From NCBI GenBank assembly GCA_946500425.1, contig CAMMVQ010000003.1, positions 524 through 64,523 on the forward strand: 64,000 nt of DNA. The letters run 5' to 3'. This stretch comes from an uncultured Mollicutes bacterium. GTDB taxonomy: Bacteria; Bacillota_I; Bacilli_A; RF39; UBA660. Under the pieces are notes generated by a model. That model saw only the letters and a list, made by a program, of their open reading frames with translations. It was not told the DNA's origin and did not search any database. Shown here in pieces: positions 20,203 to 29,465 of this stretch; positions within the stretch are counted from its first letter, which is position 1; every line of letters starts with the position of its first letter. Both the position numbers and the translations under genes were made by a program.

Positions 20203-20931
20203 TTATTGATTTTTTAGTACCATGCTTATCATTTCACTAACCGACAAAACAATCGTTTTACTTGCTTTTTTTACTTTATCTACGGCGTTATTCATCGCGT
20301 AACCATTATATTCTTTTATCATTTCCAAATCACTGTTACCGTCTCCTACCGTGTAGACGTCTTTTTTATCTATTTTGTTTTCTTTTCTCACGATTTCAAT
20401 CGCAATCAGTTTGCTGGCATTCTTAGAGATTATCTCAACGTCATTATGGTACAAAAGCTTGTAACAATTTATTATGTTACCATACTTTTCGTTTAAGTAA
20501 GTAATTGCCTCGTCCAATTCTTTTTCTTTTTCAAAGTCGAGGTGCATTTTGGTTATATTTTCACTAACGTCAAATAAAAGTCCTTCTTTTGCAGTTGATA
20601 AAAAGTATCCCTTACCATCATTATTATTCCATTTTCTTTTGTTTAAACAAAATTTACTATATATGTCTTCTACTATTTTTGCTGGAATTATTTCACTAAA
20701 AATAGCCTTATCATTTTTAAATATTAACGCACCATGGTCGGTAATTAAGTAATCATAAGTTAACCGTTGATTTCCTATCTTTCTTTTTAAAGCAGTATAA
20801 GATGACCCTGATGCTATTACAAAAATATTTTCATTTTTTCTAAAATTATTAATTGCTTTTATGTTATCTTCACTTATCGTTTTATTTATGTATATGGTAT
20901 CGTCAAAATCTGACACAATCATTTTTCTCAT
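20203..20931 (-). CDS. Cof-type HAD-IIB family hydrolase
   Basis: Motif I SDFDDTIY (DxDxT) and C-terminal GDGNSDLEM. RBS AAGGAG. Confidence 0.85.
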   Translation of the reverse strand: MRKMIVSDFDDTIYINKTISEDNIKAINNFRKNENIFVIASGSSYTALKRKIGNQRLTYDYLITDHGALIFKNDKAIFSEIIPAKIVEDIYSKFCLNKRKWNNNDGKGYFLSTAKEGLLFDVSENITKMHLDFEKEKELDEAITYLNEKYGNIINCYKLLYHNDVEIISKNASKLIAIEIVRKENKIDKKDVYTVGDGNSDLEMIKEYNGYAMNNAVDKVKKASKTIVLSVSEMISMVLKNQ

Positions 20932-20942
20932 TTTTAACTCCT

Positions 20943-21572
20943 TTAATAAAGTAGGGTGATTCTTTTTCCTTTAACTTCGATAAAACCCTCTTCTTTTAAA
21001 TACTTTAGTTCTCTTGACATGGCGCTTCGGTCGATTGCTAGGTAATCCGCCAAGTCAGTAAAATTAAATGGTAAATAAACGTATCTTGAACCGCTTTTAC
21101 CTGCGTTTATTCTAAAATATTCAAGTAATTTATTTCTAATCGTTTTTTTAGTAAGAATTTCAATCCGTTCGTTTTTATCGGTTACTATCTTTGTTGTTAT
21201 CTGAAGTAAGTTTTTAATAAACTGGTTATAGAACTGAAGATTCATTCCCTCTTTATTTATCATTATATCATAGTCTATTATTAGTATTTTAGTGTCTTCT
21301 TTTGTTATGATGTCACACTCGTTACTGGTGATTGATGAAATAGCAGAACCAAAAATAGCGCCTTCTTCTAATTCCTCAATTATTGTTCGGTTTCCGTTAT
21401 AGTCAGTTCTTACTATTTGAGCATAACCACTTATTATTATTCCTATTATATTTTCTTCTTTTACGGTTGATAAAATGGTGCTATCTTTTTTAAATAAAAG
21501 GGTATTAGCTTCTAATAATTTTAGTAGTTTACACTTGTTTTTCTTGCTTATATTATAGAATGGGTCAATCAT
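20943..21572 (-). CDS. Crp/Fnr-family transcriptional regulator
   Basis: N-terminal cNMP-binding-like domain and a C-terminal HTH (DRSAMSRELKYLKEEGFI). Divergent from nrdD. Confidence 0.85.
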   Translation of the reverse strand: MIDPFYNISKKNKCKLLKLLEANTLLFKKDSTILSTVKEENIIGIIISGYAQIVRTDYNGNRTIIEELEEGAIFGSAISSITSNECDIITKEDTKILIIDYDIMINKEGMNLQFYNQFIKNLLQITTKIVTDKNERIEILTKKTIRNKLLEYFRINAGKSGSRYVYLPFNFTDLADYLAIDRSAMSRELKYLKEEGFIEVKGKRITLLY

Positions 21573-21610
21573 TTTACACCTCTTATTAAAATGATATCAC
21601 TTTTTGCGTA

Positions 21611-21628
21611 ATGTTGCAATTGCAACAT
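21611..21628. promoter_or_regulatory. Perfect 18-bp palindrome ATGTTGCAATTGCAACAT in the divergent regulator/nrdD intergenic region; candidate operator
   Basis: Read directly from the sequence. It is self-complementary over all 18 nt. Confidence 0.5.
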
Positions 21629-21688
21629 GCATATTTTGTGGAATGTGGTATAGTTAGGGTAATGATATAAATGATAGGAGTGTAGCAC

Positions 21689-23878
21689 ATGAAGATAATT
21701 AAAAGGGATGGGCATATGGTTGACTATTGTCCAGAAAAAATCGAAAACGCAATAATGAAGGCTAATATGGAGGTTGATGAAGAAGAACAAGCATCGACAA
21801 CCCAAATTAAGAACATTATTAAGTACATAGAAAAACTTGGTAAAAAAAGAATGCTTGTTGAGGACATTCAAGACATAATTGAAATGAAACTTATGTCAAT
21901 TGGTAAATATGCACTTGCTAAAAAGTATATTACTTACCGTTATACAAGAGAGCTAGTTAGAAGAAGTAATACCACTGACCTTGCAATTAAAGAATTAATT
22001 GATGGTGAAAGTGAGTACTGGAACACCGAAAACTCAAATAAAAATGCTAAGGTGGTAACGACGCAAAGAGATTATATTGCGGGTATTACTTCAACTGATA
22101 TAACAAGAAGGTTCTTACTTCCAGAAGACATTGTAAAAGCCCATGACGAAGGAATCATTCATTTTCATGACATGGATTATTTTGCTCAAAACGCACTTCA
22201 TAACTGTGATTTAATTAACCTTGAAGATATGCTTCAAAACGGAACCAACATAAATGGTGTTATGATTGAAAAACCGCATAGATTTTTAACGGCAATGACG
22301 ATTGCAACCCAGCTTATTACGGCGGTAAATTCAAGCCAGTATGGTGGTGCAACAATTACTTTAACCCATCTAGCACCTTTCGTAAGAGAAAGTTATAACC
22401 GTTTTTTAAAGAAGTATGAAGATAGAAAGTTTTCTAAAAAAGATTGTGAAAAATACGCTAAACAAGATTTGCAAAAGGAAATAACTGATGGTGTTCAAAC
22501 TTTCCAATATCAAATTAACTCAATGACAACAACCAATGGTCAGGCACCGTTTTTATCCGTTTGCATGTACCTAGGCGAAACGGAAGAATATAAAGAAGAA
22601 CTAGCCATGATAATCGAAGAAGTTTTAAAACAACGTACGCAAGGAATGAAAAACGAGAAAGGAGTTTACATTACTCCTGCTTTCCCAAAACTTTTATACG
22701 TACTTGAAGAAGATAACATTCATGAGGATAGTAAGTATTATTACTTAACTGAGTTAGCGGCTAAATGTACTGCTAAAAGAATGGTTCCAGATTATATTTC
22801 TGAAAAAGTAATGAAAGAGCTAAAGATAAATGAAAAAGGAGAAGGAGAATGCTATCCGTGCATGGGATGTAGATCATTTTTAACTCCTGATAGAACAATG
22901 CATTTAGGAAACATTGCTAAGGCTAAAAATTACGTAGAAGGAAAAGGAAAGTATTACGGAAGATTTAACCAAGGTGTTGTAACGATTAACTTGGTTGACG
23001 CAGCTTTATCTTCTGATAAAGACATGGACTTATTCTGGAAACTAATGGATGAAAGACTAGAGTTATGTCATAGAGCACTTCAAGCAAGACATAAAAGATT
23101 ATCTAAGGTAACCAGTGATGTTGCTCCTATTTTATGGCAACATGGAGCACTAGCAAGATTAGGTAAAGGAGAAAGCATCCACGAATTATTACACCATGGA
23201 TATTCAACCATTTCACTTGGATATGCCGGTTTATACGAATGTGTTAAGTTCATGACTGGACACTCACACACTGATAATGGTAAAGGAAAAGAGTTTGCTA
23301 TTAAGGTTATGCAAAAACTTAATGATAAATGTAAAGAGTGGAAGGAAGCTGAAGACATTGATTACAGTGTTTACGGTACTCCAATTGAATCTACTACTTA
23401 TAAATTTGCTAAGTGCCTAAGAGAACGTTTTGGAAAGATTAAAGGAATTACTGATAGAGATTATATTACAAATTCATATCATGTTCCTGTATTCGAAGAG
23501 ATAGATGCATTTACTAAACTAAAATTAGAAAGCGAATTTCAAAAACTTTCTCCAGGTGGTGCAATAAGTTACATTGAAACTCCTAACTTAACTAATAACT
23601 TAGACGCGGTAATGGAAGTAATTAAGTTTATTTATGATAACATTATGTATGCTGAATTAAATACTAAATCTGATTACTGTCAAAAGTGCGGATATGATGG
23701 AGAAATTCTTTTGGATGATGACTTAGAGTGGTACTGTCCAAACTGTGGTAACAGAGACCATGACACTTTAAACGTAGCAAGACGTACTTGTGGATACATC
23801 GGAACTAACTTCTGGAATAAAGGTAGAACTCAAGAAATAAAAGAAAGGGTAATTCACATCGATAACAAAGATGCGTAA
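21689..23878 (+). CDS. nrdD: Anaerobic ribonucleoside-triphosphate reductase
   Basis: ATP-cone N-terminus, Zn site CQKCG...CPNCG, and glycyl-radical motif RRTCGYIG. Confidence 0.95.
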   Translation: MKIIKRDGHMVDYCPEKIENAIMKANMEVDEEEQASTTQIKNIIKYIEKLGKKRMLVEDIQDIIEMKLMSIGKYALAKKYITYRYTRELVRRSNTTDLAIKELIDGESEYWNTENSNKNAKVVTTQRDYIAGITSTDITRRFLLPEDIVKAHDEGIIHFHDMDYFAQNALHNCDLINLEDMLQNGTNINGVMIEKPHRFLTAMTIATQLITAVNSSQYGGATITLTHLAPFVRESYNRFLKKYEDRKFSKKDCEKYAKQDLQKEITDGVQTFQYQINSMTTTNGQAPFLSVCMYLGETEEYKEELAMIIEEVLKQRTQGMKNEKGVYITPAFPKLLYVLEEDNIHEDSKYYYLTELAAKCTAKRMVPDYISEKVMKELKINEKGEGECYPCMGCRSFLTPDRTMHLGNIAKAKNYVEGKGKYYGRFNQGVVTINLVDAALSSDKDMDLFWKLMDERLELCHRALQARHKRLSKVTSDVAPILWQHGALARLGKGESIHELLHHGYSTISLGYAGLYECVKFMTGHSHTDNGKGKEFAIKVMQKLNDKCKEWKEAEDIDYSVYGTPIESTTYKFAKCLRERFGKIKGITDRDYITNSYHVPVFEEIDAFTKLKLESEFQKLSPGGAISYIETPNLTNNLDAVMEVIKFIYDNIMYAELNTKSDYCQKCGYDGEILLDDDLEWYCPNCGNRDHDTLNVARRTCGYIGTNFWNKGRTQEIKERVIHIDNKDA

Positions 23879-23885
23879 ATAAATC

Positions 23886-24401
23886 ATGAGATATAATAAA
23901 ATAAGAAAAATGGACATTTCAAACGGTCCTGGAGTTAGGGTGTCAATATTTATGCAAGGATGCTCTTTCCACTGCAAAAACTGCTTTAATCCAGAAACGT
24001 GGGATTTTAAAAGTGGTAATGAGTTTACGGACGAAACAATTAACAAAGTACTTGATTTAGCAGATAAAGATTACATTGTTGGATTATCTATTTTAGGAGG
24101 CGAGCCAATGCATCCGAATAACATTAAAGCAACGACTCGCCTTGCGAAAGCCTTTAAGGAAAAATATCCAAACAAAACCATTTGGGTTTGGTCTGGTTTC
24201 TTGTTTGATAGAGACTTAAAAGATAAGGAAGTATTAAATTATGTAGATGTTTTAGTAGACGGGCAGTACGTTGATGAACTTCACAATTTCACGTTAAAGT
24301 GGAGGGGTTCATCTAACCAAAGAGTAATTGACGTTAAGCAGTCTTTAAAGAACGATAAAGTTGTATTATTAGATGAAGAAAAAGAATTAGTAGGAGTATA
24401 A
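23886..24401 (+). CDS. nrdG: Anaerobic ribonucleotide reductase activating protein (radical SAM)
   Basis: Radical SAM cluster motif CSFHCKNC. Located immediately after nrdD. Confidence 0.9.
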   Translation: MRYNKIRKMDISNGPGVRVSIFMQGCSFHCKNCFNPETWDFKSGNEFTDETINKVLDLADKDYIVGLSILGGEPMHPNNIKATTRLAKAFKEKYPNKTIWVWSGFLFDRDLKDKEVLNYVDVLVDGQYVDELHNFTLKWRGSSNQRVIDVKQSLKNDKVVLLDEEKELVGV

Positions 24402-24402
24402 C

Positions 24403-24864
24403 ATGAAAGTAAGAGGATTTGAGATAGCTAAAGGATTTGAAGATAAAAATATAAATTTACCAGTTAGAAAAACAAAAGCTTCCGCGGGTTATGATGTGGA
24501 GGCGGCGGAAGATACCGTAATTGAGCCATTTAAGCCAGGAGATAATCCAACGTTAGTTAAGACAGGACTAAAAGCTTATATGCCGGAGGATGAATTCATG
24601 ATGCTTTGTAACAGAAGTTCTAATCCAAAGAAAAAAGGTCTTGTAATGGCTAATAGTGTTGGAATAATTGATTCTGATTATTATGGTAATCCTGATAATG
24701 ACGGGGCCTTTATGTTCGCGTTTTACAACGTTAAAAATGAATCTATTACCATAAAAAAGGGTGAGGCTATAGGGCAAGCCATATTTATGAAATATTTAAT
24801 AGCTGATAATGATAACGCAGATGGCGTTCGCACGGGTGGCTTTGGCTCAACTGATAAAAAGTAA
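24403..24864 (+). CDS. dut: dUTP diphosphatase
   Basis: Motifs AGYD, GIIDSDYYG and RTGGFGSTD. Confidence 0.9.
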   Translation: MKVRGFEIAKGFEDKNINLPVRKTKASAGYDVEAAEDTVIEPFKPGDNPTLVKTGLKAYMPEDEFMMLCNRSSNPKKKGLVMANSVGIIDSDYYGNPDNDGAFMFAFYNVKNESITIKKGEAIGQAIFMKYLIADNDNADGVRTGGFGSTDKK

Positions 24865-24888
24865 AAGAAACTGTCTAGTTTCTTTTTT
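24865..24888 (+). terminator. Intrinsic terminator after dut
   Basis: Stem AAGAAACT/AGTTTCTT with loop GTCT, followed by TTTT. Confidence 0.75.
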
Positions 24889-24951
24889 AAAATTGGATAA
24901 AATTGACTAAAAGATAACATAATGTTATTATGAAAATAGAGGGTGAGTAAG

Positions 24952-26253
24952 ATGAATCTAAGAAAGAAAAGTGGTTTTACCTTAATAGAGTTGTTAGCGG
25001 TCATCGTTATATTAGCAATAATACTTGTAATAGTAACCGTTTCGGTTAGAAATTCAATAAATAGTTCAAAAGAGAAAACACGTTATACCGCTGCAGAAGA
25101 AATTGTTAACATAGCAAAAGCTTACATGGCAAGTGAAAAAATAGGAGTCATGAGTCAGGAAATAGATGGGTATAATTATACTTATGTTACGGTAAAAACC
25201 TTAATTGATCAAGGATATTTAGAGAAAGATGTTACGAACCCAGTTAATGGTGAAAATGGTTTTAGTGATGAAAATGCTAATAAATCAATGGTTGTTAAAG
25301 GAAATTACGTGAAACAAGAAGATGAAAAAATACAGACTAACGGCAATACTAGTTATTATACCTTTGATGGTTATGCGTACGTTTACGGAGAATTGATAAC
25401 TGGTAACGGTAGTGAAGTAACCACTACAACGAACCATAATACCACGACAACAACGACTAAAAAGACTACTACCACAACAAAAAAAACAACAACGAAAGTT
25501 CCTTCCGTTAACTTTGAAGAATTATATATAATAGAAGGAACTAAGATAATTTCTTTATCAGAAGTGGGAGAAGATTATTATCGTGATCATAATGAAGTGG
25601 TAATACCAGAGGGAATAACCGAAATAGGAAATGGAGCCTTCTTGATTCCATATGGTTATGATGGTGAGTTAATTGACTTTGATTTACTTCAAAAAGTTTA
25701 TGGAGATTTAATGAATAATGGTACCATATCAGACTCTGATATGGAGAATATGACTAAGGCGATGGAATTAGTTGAAAAACAAAGAAGTTTAAACACTGAA
25801 AATAAAAGGTTTGAGGGTTATACTTTGAAGCTTCCATCAACCCTTGAAAAAATAGGTGAATTTGCGTTTTATGGTTTGAAGTTTAGTGATGACTTAATAA
25901 TCCCGGAAAACGTTACCGAGATACTTCCTTTTGCTTTTTCTGATACAGGATTTACTGGTAACTTAGAAATTCTTGGAAATTTAAGTAGGATTGATTGCTA
26001 TGCTTTTTCAAACGTTAAGATTTCTGGTGAATTAACCTTACCAAGCACGGTTGAATCGATTGAGATTGGAGCATTTACAGGTATGGGGCTTACTGGTGCG
26101 TTATACCTTCCTTCAAGCGTTAAATCAATAGCGTTTGCAGCGTTTACTGGTAATAATTTAAGTAGTGTTTCGATTTATGAAGGAACATCTTATTCCACCG
26201 GTTTATTAAAATCGTTCGATACTGATGTTAAAATTAACAAAAGAACTTATTAA
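24952..26253 (+). CDS. Type IV prepilin-like N-terminus fused to a Thr-rich linker and a BspA-type LRR domain
   Basis: Leader MNLRKKSG|FTLIELLAVIVILAIIL (class III signal, N-methylation motif). Linker TTTNHNTTTTTTKKTTTTTKKTTTK. C-terminal LRR_5-like units IPEGITEIGNGAF, LPSTLEKIGEFAF, IPENVTEILPFAF and LPSSVKSIAFAAF. RBS GAGGGTG precedes ATG 24952. Confidence 0.8.
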   Translation: MNLRKKSGFTLIELLAVIVILAIILVIVTVSVRNSINSSKEKTRYTAAEEIVNIAKAYMASEKIGVMSQEIDGYNYTYVTVKTLIDQGYLEKDVTNPVNGENGFSDENANKSMVVKGNYVKQEDEKIQTNGNTSYYTFDGYAYVYGELITGNGSEVTTTTNHNTTTTTTKKTTTTTKKTTTKVPSVNFEELYIIEGTKIISLSEVGEDYYRDHNEVVIPEGITEIGNGAFLIPYGYDGELIDFDLLQKVYGDLMNNGTISDSDMENMTKAMELVEKQRSLNTENKRFEGYTLKLPSTLEKIGEFAFYGLKFSDDLIIPENVTEILPFAFSDTGFTGNLEILGNLSRIDCYAFSNVKISGELTLPSTVESIEIGAFTGMGLTGALYLPSSVKSIAFAAFTGNNLSSVSIYEGTSYSTGLLKSFDTDVKINKRTY

Positions 26254-26282
26254 AAAAGATTGCAAAACTTGCAATCTTTTTT
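26254..26282. terminator. Bidirectional terminator between the pilin-LRR gene and rpmB
   Basis: Stem AAAAGATTGCAA/TTGCAATCTTTT (12 bp), flanked by A and T runs. Confidence 0.8.
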
Positions 26283-26457
26283 ATGCAGCTACGCTATTTT
26301 TTCTAAATTTTTTAGCTTCCTTAGCACTCATTATAACCGTAACCCCGTTTAAAGTTACTTTTTGCATATTAACTTTTTGTTTTCTTCTCGTTGCATTTAA
26401 AGCATGAGAACGGGAATTTCCGAATAAAGGTTTTCTACTTGATACTTTCTTAGCCAT
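26281..26457 (-). CDS. rpmB: 50S ribosomal protein L28
   Basis: GNSRSHALNATRRKQKVN. AGGAGG RBS precedes ATG 26457. The ORF-track start at 26502 is an upstream in-frame extension. Confidence 0.9.
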   Translation of the reverse strand: MAKKVSSRKPLFGNSRSHALNATRRKQKVNMQKVTLNGVTVIMSAKEAKKFRKNSVAA

Positions 26458-26581
26458 ATTTAAATCCTCCTTAAATACGTATTTGCTTAATAACTTTACC
26501 ATATTATAAGTAAATAGTCAAATTAAAATATGAAAAAACATACGTTTGTAGTAAAATATTAATAGAAGGTGAGGTTTTAAA

Positions 26582-29449
26582 ATGAATTATGTTCCACTTT
26601 GGATAAAAACAGATTATTCAATTCTTTGTAGTTTAATTAACGTTGATGACTTAATACTTAAGCTAGCCTCACTTGGTATTAAAGCTGCTGCCATATGTGA
26701 TGATGATTTGTGCGGAACCATGGAATTCATTAACAAGTGTAATTTGGCGGGCATTAAACCAATCGTTGGAATGGAGTTAAAGGTTGGGTTTCCTTTGCTA
26801 GTTTATGCTAAAAATTATAAAGGATACCAAAGATTATGTAATTTAAGTTTATTAAAGAAAGAGACTTCTTTTTCTATTCAAGAAGTTGCTAAAAACACGG
26901 ATGATTTGCTTGTTGTGATACCATTCAACCATCAGGAAGTATCTGGTATCTTTCCTAATCCCGAAAATGTTTTTATAGGATACCAAACGAAAGAAGAGCA
27001 AGGAAAAATAAATGCTAACAAAGTATACGTAAAAAAAATATTATCTTTAAATGAAGAAGATGAAAAATACTTACCATATTTATACCAAATAAAGGAAGAG
27101 GAATTTTTAGAAAAAAACGTAAGCTTAACTGACGAAATGGACGTTGAAATAAGAAAAGACAATAGTTATTTTGCAAATTTATGTGATTTAAAAATTCCAA
27201 AGCAAACGTTTTTATTGCCAAAATATAACGATGATGATGGTTTTGATGCCCAAAAGTATTTAACTGAATTATGCGTGGTTGGGCTAAGAAAAAGACTTAA
27301 TGGTAAAGTCGATCAAAAATACGTAGACCGCTTAAAGTATGAACTAGAAGTAATAATAAAAATGGGATTTTGTAATTATTTTTTGGTGGTTTGGGATTAT
27401 GTTAAATACGCTAAAAAAAATAACATATTAGTAGGACCAGGAAGGGGGTCAGCGGCTTCTTCTTTAGTTTCTTACTGTCTTGGAATAACTGACATAGACC
27501 CAATAAAGTATGATTTGCTTTTTGAACGGTTCCTTAACCCAGAAAGAATTACCATGCCTGATATTGACATCGATTTCGATGCGGAAAAAAGACAAGAAGT
27601 TATTTCTTATGTAACTAATAAGTATGGTAATAAAAGGGTTTGCGGAATAATTACCTTTTCAAACCTTTTAGCAAAACAAGTAATAAGAGACTTATCTCGT
27701 GTTTTTGACATTAGTAATTATAAGATAGATTCGTTTTTAAAAAACTTTGATGATAAGAAAAATTTAAAGGAACAACTAAAAAACATAAACGTAAGAAGGA
27801 TTATATCAAATGACGAGGAAATGAAAAAATTATATGACGTTGCTGTTCACTTAGAAGGATTAAAAAGACACTCTTCGGTTCACGCGGCTGGAATAATTAT
27901 ATCTAGCAAAAACCTAACGGATTATGTTCCTTTGATGGTTAATGAGGATGGGACTTATTTATGTGGTTATACGATGAACTACATAGAAGAGTTAGGACTT
28001 TTAAAAATGGATTTTTTAGGTCTTAAAAACCTTACTATAATTGATCGGGTAATAAGTGATATAAAGGGCTTAAACTTTAATGAAATTCCCCTTGACGATA
28101 GAAAAACTTACGAGTTATTTGCAAGCGGTAATTTAGATGGGATTTTTCAGTTTGAATCAGCTGGAATGAGAAAGTTTATTAGTGAGTTAAAACCAGATAA
28201 AATAGATGATTTAATTGCTGCCGTAGCTCTTTTTAGACCCGGACCAATAGATAATATTCCATCTTATGTAGCAAGAAGAAACGGAAAAGAAAAAGTAAAC
28301 TACATTAATAAAGCTTTAGAGCCTATTTTAAAAAGTACTTATGGAATTATAGTGTATCAAGAACAAATAATGCAAATAGCAAGTACCATGGCTGGTTTTA
28401 GTTATGGTGAGGCTGATGTTTTAAGAAGGGCCATGAGTAAGAAAAAACAAGATGTTTTAGCAGGGCAAAGAAAGAAGTTTATTGATGGAAGCATAAATAA
28501 TGGATACGATGAAAAAGAAGCAGAGGAAGTTTATGATTTAATTCTTAAATTTGCCAACTATGGATTTAATAAAGCTCATTCTGTTAGTTATGCCATCATC
28601 GGATATAAAATGGCGTACTTAAAGGTACATTATCCGTTACCTTTTATGAGGGAGATGTTAAATAATTATATTGGTGTAATTAATAAAACTAAGAACGCCA
28701 TTAACGAATGCAAGAAACTAGGTTTAAAAATAAAAAAACCAGATATAAATACCTCTTCTTATGAATATAAAATAAAGGAAGGACAACTAGAATACTCGCT
28801 TTCCATGATTAAGGCCATAGGTACTCTTACTTGTAAAAAAATAGTTAGTGAAAGAAACGAAAATGGATTATACAGTTCATATTTAGATTTTGTAAAAAGA
28901 AGTTATAAACTAGGGAAGGACGTGATGAGAAACCTTATTTTAGCAGGAGCGCTAGATTGCTTTGGAGAGACTAGAAAAACCTTGATTGAGAACTTGCCAG
29001 AAGCAATTAATTATGCTGAATTATGCGCGGATTTAGACGAGGCTCTAGTAGTAAAACCAGAAATAAAAAAGTATGAAGAATACTCTAAAGAAGAGCTTAC
29101 CAGTCAAGAAGAAAGTCTTTACGGTTTTTACATAAGTAACCACCCAACTGATAAATACCTTAGCGAAGGAAGCATAACAAGTCAAAATATTAATAATTAC
29201 TTTGATAAAACGATAAAAATAACTTTATTATTTGAAAGAAAAAAAGAAATAGAAACAAAAAACAAGGAAAAAATGATGTTTATAACTGCTAGTGATACGT
29301 ATGGAAACGTAGAGTTAATAATGTTCCCTAAAGTTTATAATAAGTATTTTTATATTATTTTTCCGGGGGTATATGAGGTTACTGGAAAGGTGGAAAAAAG
29401 ATTTTCTAAGATGCAAATTATTATTTATGACCTAAAGAAATTAGATTAG
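26582..29449 (+). CDS. dnaE: DNA polymerase III alpha subunit, DnaE type (955 aa)
   Basis: PHP-like N-terminus, polymerase core (MPDIDIDF, GLLKMDFLGL, FNKAHS) and a C-terminal OB-like region. The PHP metal-binding His residues are replaced (VPLWIKTDYS), as in some Lactobacillales DnaE. Confidence 0.9.
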   Translation: MNYVPLWIKTDYSILCSLINVDDLILKLASLGIKAAAICDDDLCGTMEFINKCNLAGIKPIVGMELKVGFPLLVYAKNYKGYQRLCNLSLLKKETSFSIQEVAKNTDDLLVVIPFNHQEVSGIFPNPENVFIGYQTKEEQGKINANKVYVKKILSLNEEDEKYLPYLYQIKEEEFLEKNVSLTDEMDVEIRKDNSYFANLCDLKIPKQTFLLPKYNDDDGFDAQKYLTELCVVGLRKRLNGKVDQKYVDRLKYELEVIIKMGFCNYFLVVWDYVKYAKKNNILVGPGRGSAASSLVSYCLGITDIDPIKYDLLFERFLNPERITMPDIDIDFDAEKRQEVISYVTNKYGNKRVCGIITFSNLLAKQVIRDLSRVFDISNYKIDSFLKNFDDKKNLKEQLKNINVRRIISNDEEMKKLYDVAVHLEGLKRHSSVHAAGIIISSKNLTDYVPLMVNEDGTYLCGYTMNYIEELGLLKMDFLGLKNLTIIDRVISDIKGLNFNEIPLDDRKTYELFASGNLDGIFQFESAGMRKFISELKPDKIDDLIAAVALFRPGPIDNIPSYVARRNGKEKVNYINKALEPILKSTYGIIVYQEQIMQIASTMAGFSYGEADVLRRAMSKKKQDVLAGQRKKFIDGSINNGYDEKEAEEVYDLILKFANYGFNKAHSVSYAIIGYKMAYLKVHYPLPFMREMLNNYIGVINKTKNAINECKKLGLKIKKPDINTSSYEYKIKEGQLEYSLSMIKAIGTLTCKKIVSERNENGLYSSYLDFVKRSYKLGKDVMRNLILAGALDCFGETRKTLIENLPEAINYAELCADLDEALVVKPEIKKYEEYSKEELTSQEESLYGFYISNHPTDKYLSEGSITSQNINNYFDKTIKITLLFERKKEIETKNKEKMMFITASDTYGNVELIMFPKVYNKYFYIIFPGVYEVTGKVEKRFSKMQIIIYDLKKLD

Positions 29450-29465
29450 AAAACGGTGATTTTAA

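Noticed and set aside
21573-21688. NrdR box or FNR/CRP consensus upstream of nrdD
   Set aside because: I found no sequence resembling the NrdR box (acaCwAtATaTwGtgt, paired), TTGAT-N4-ATCAA or TGTGA-N6-TCACA. Only the non-canonical palindrome, which is reported separately.
21569-21871. 100-aa minus-strand ORF spanning the regulator/nrdD intergenic region and the nrdD 5' end
   Set aside because: It overlaps the nrdD ATP-cone coding region in antisense and covers the palindromic operator candidate. There are no start signals.
25420-25500. Repetitive ACN-rich DNA (Thr tracts) here and at 61040-61125 as possible CRISPR or satellite repeats
   Set aside because: The repeats are in frame and encode Thr/Lys linkers inside ORFs. 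There is no repeat-spacer periodicity and there are no cas genes.
26225-26407. 60-aa plus-strand ORF overlapping the pilin-LRR gene end and antisense to rpmB
   Set aside because: It runs through the bidirectional terminator and the rpmB coding sequence. rpmB has clear L28 motifs.
26530-26555. Possible LexA box upstream of dnaE (AAACATACGTTTGT); the 11-mer ATACGTTTGTA also occurs near 43075
   Set aside because: Both core half-sites are mismatched (AAAC/GTTT instead of GAAC/GTTC). A shared 11-mer within 64 kb is expected by chance many times over.
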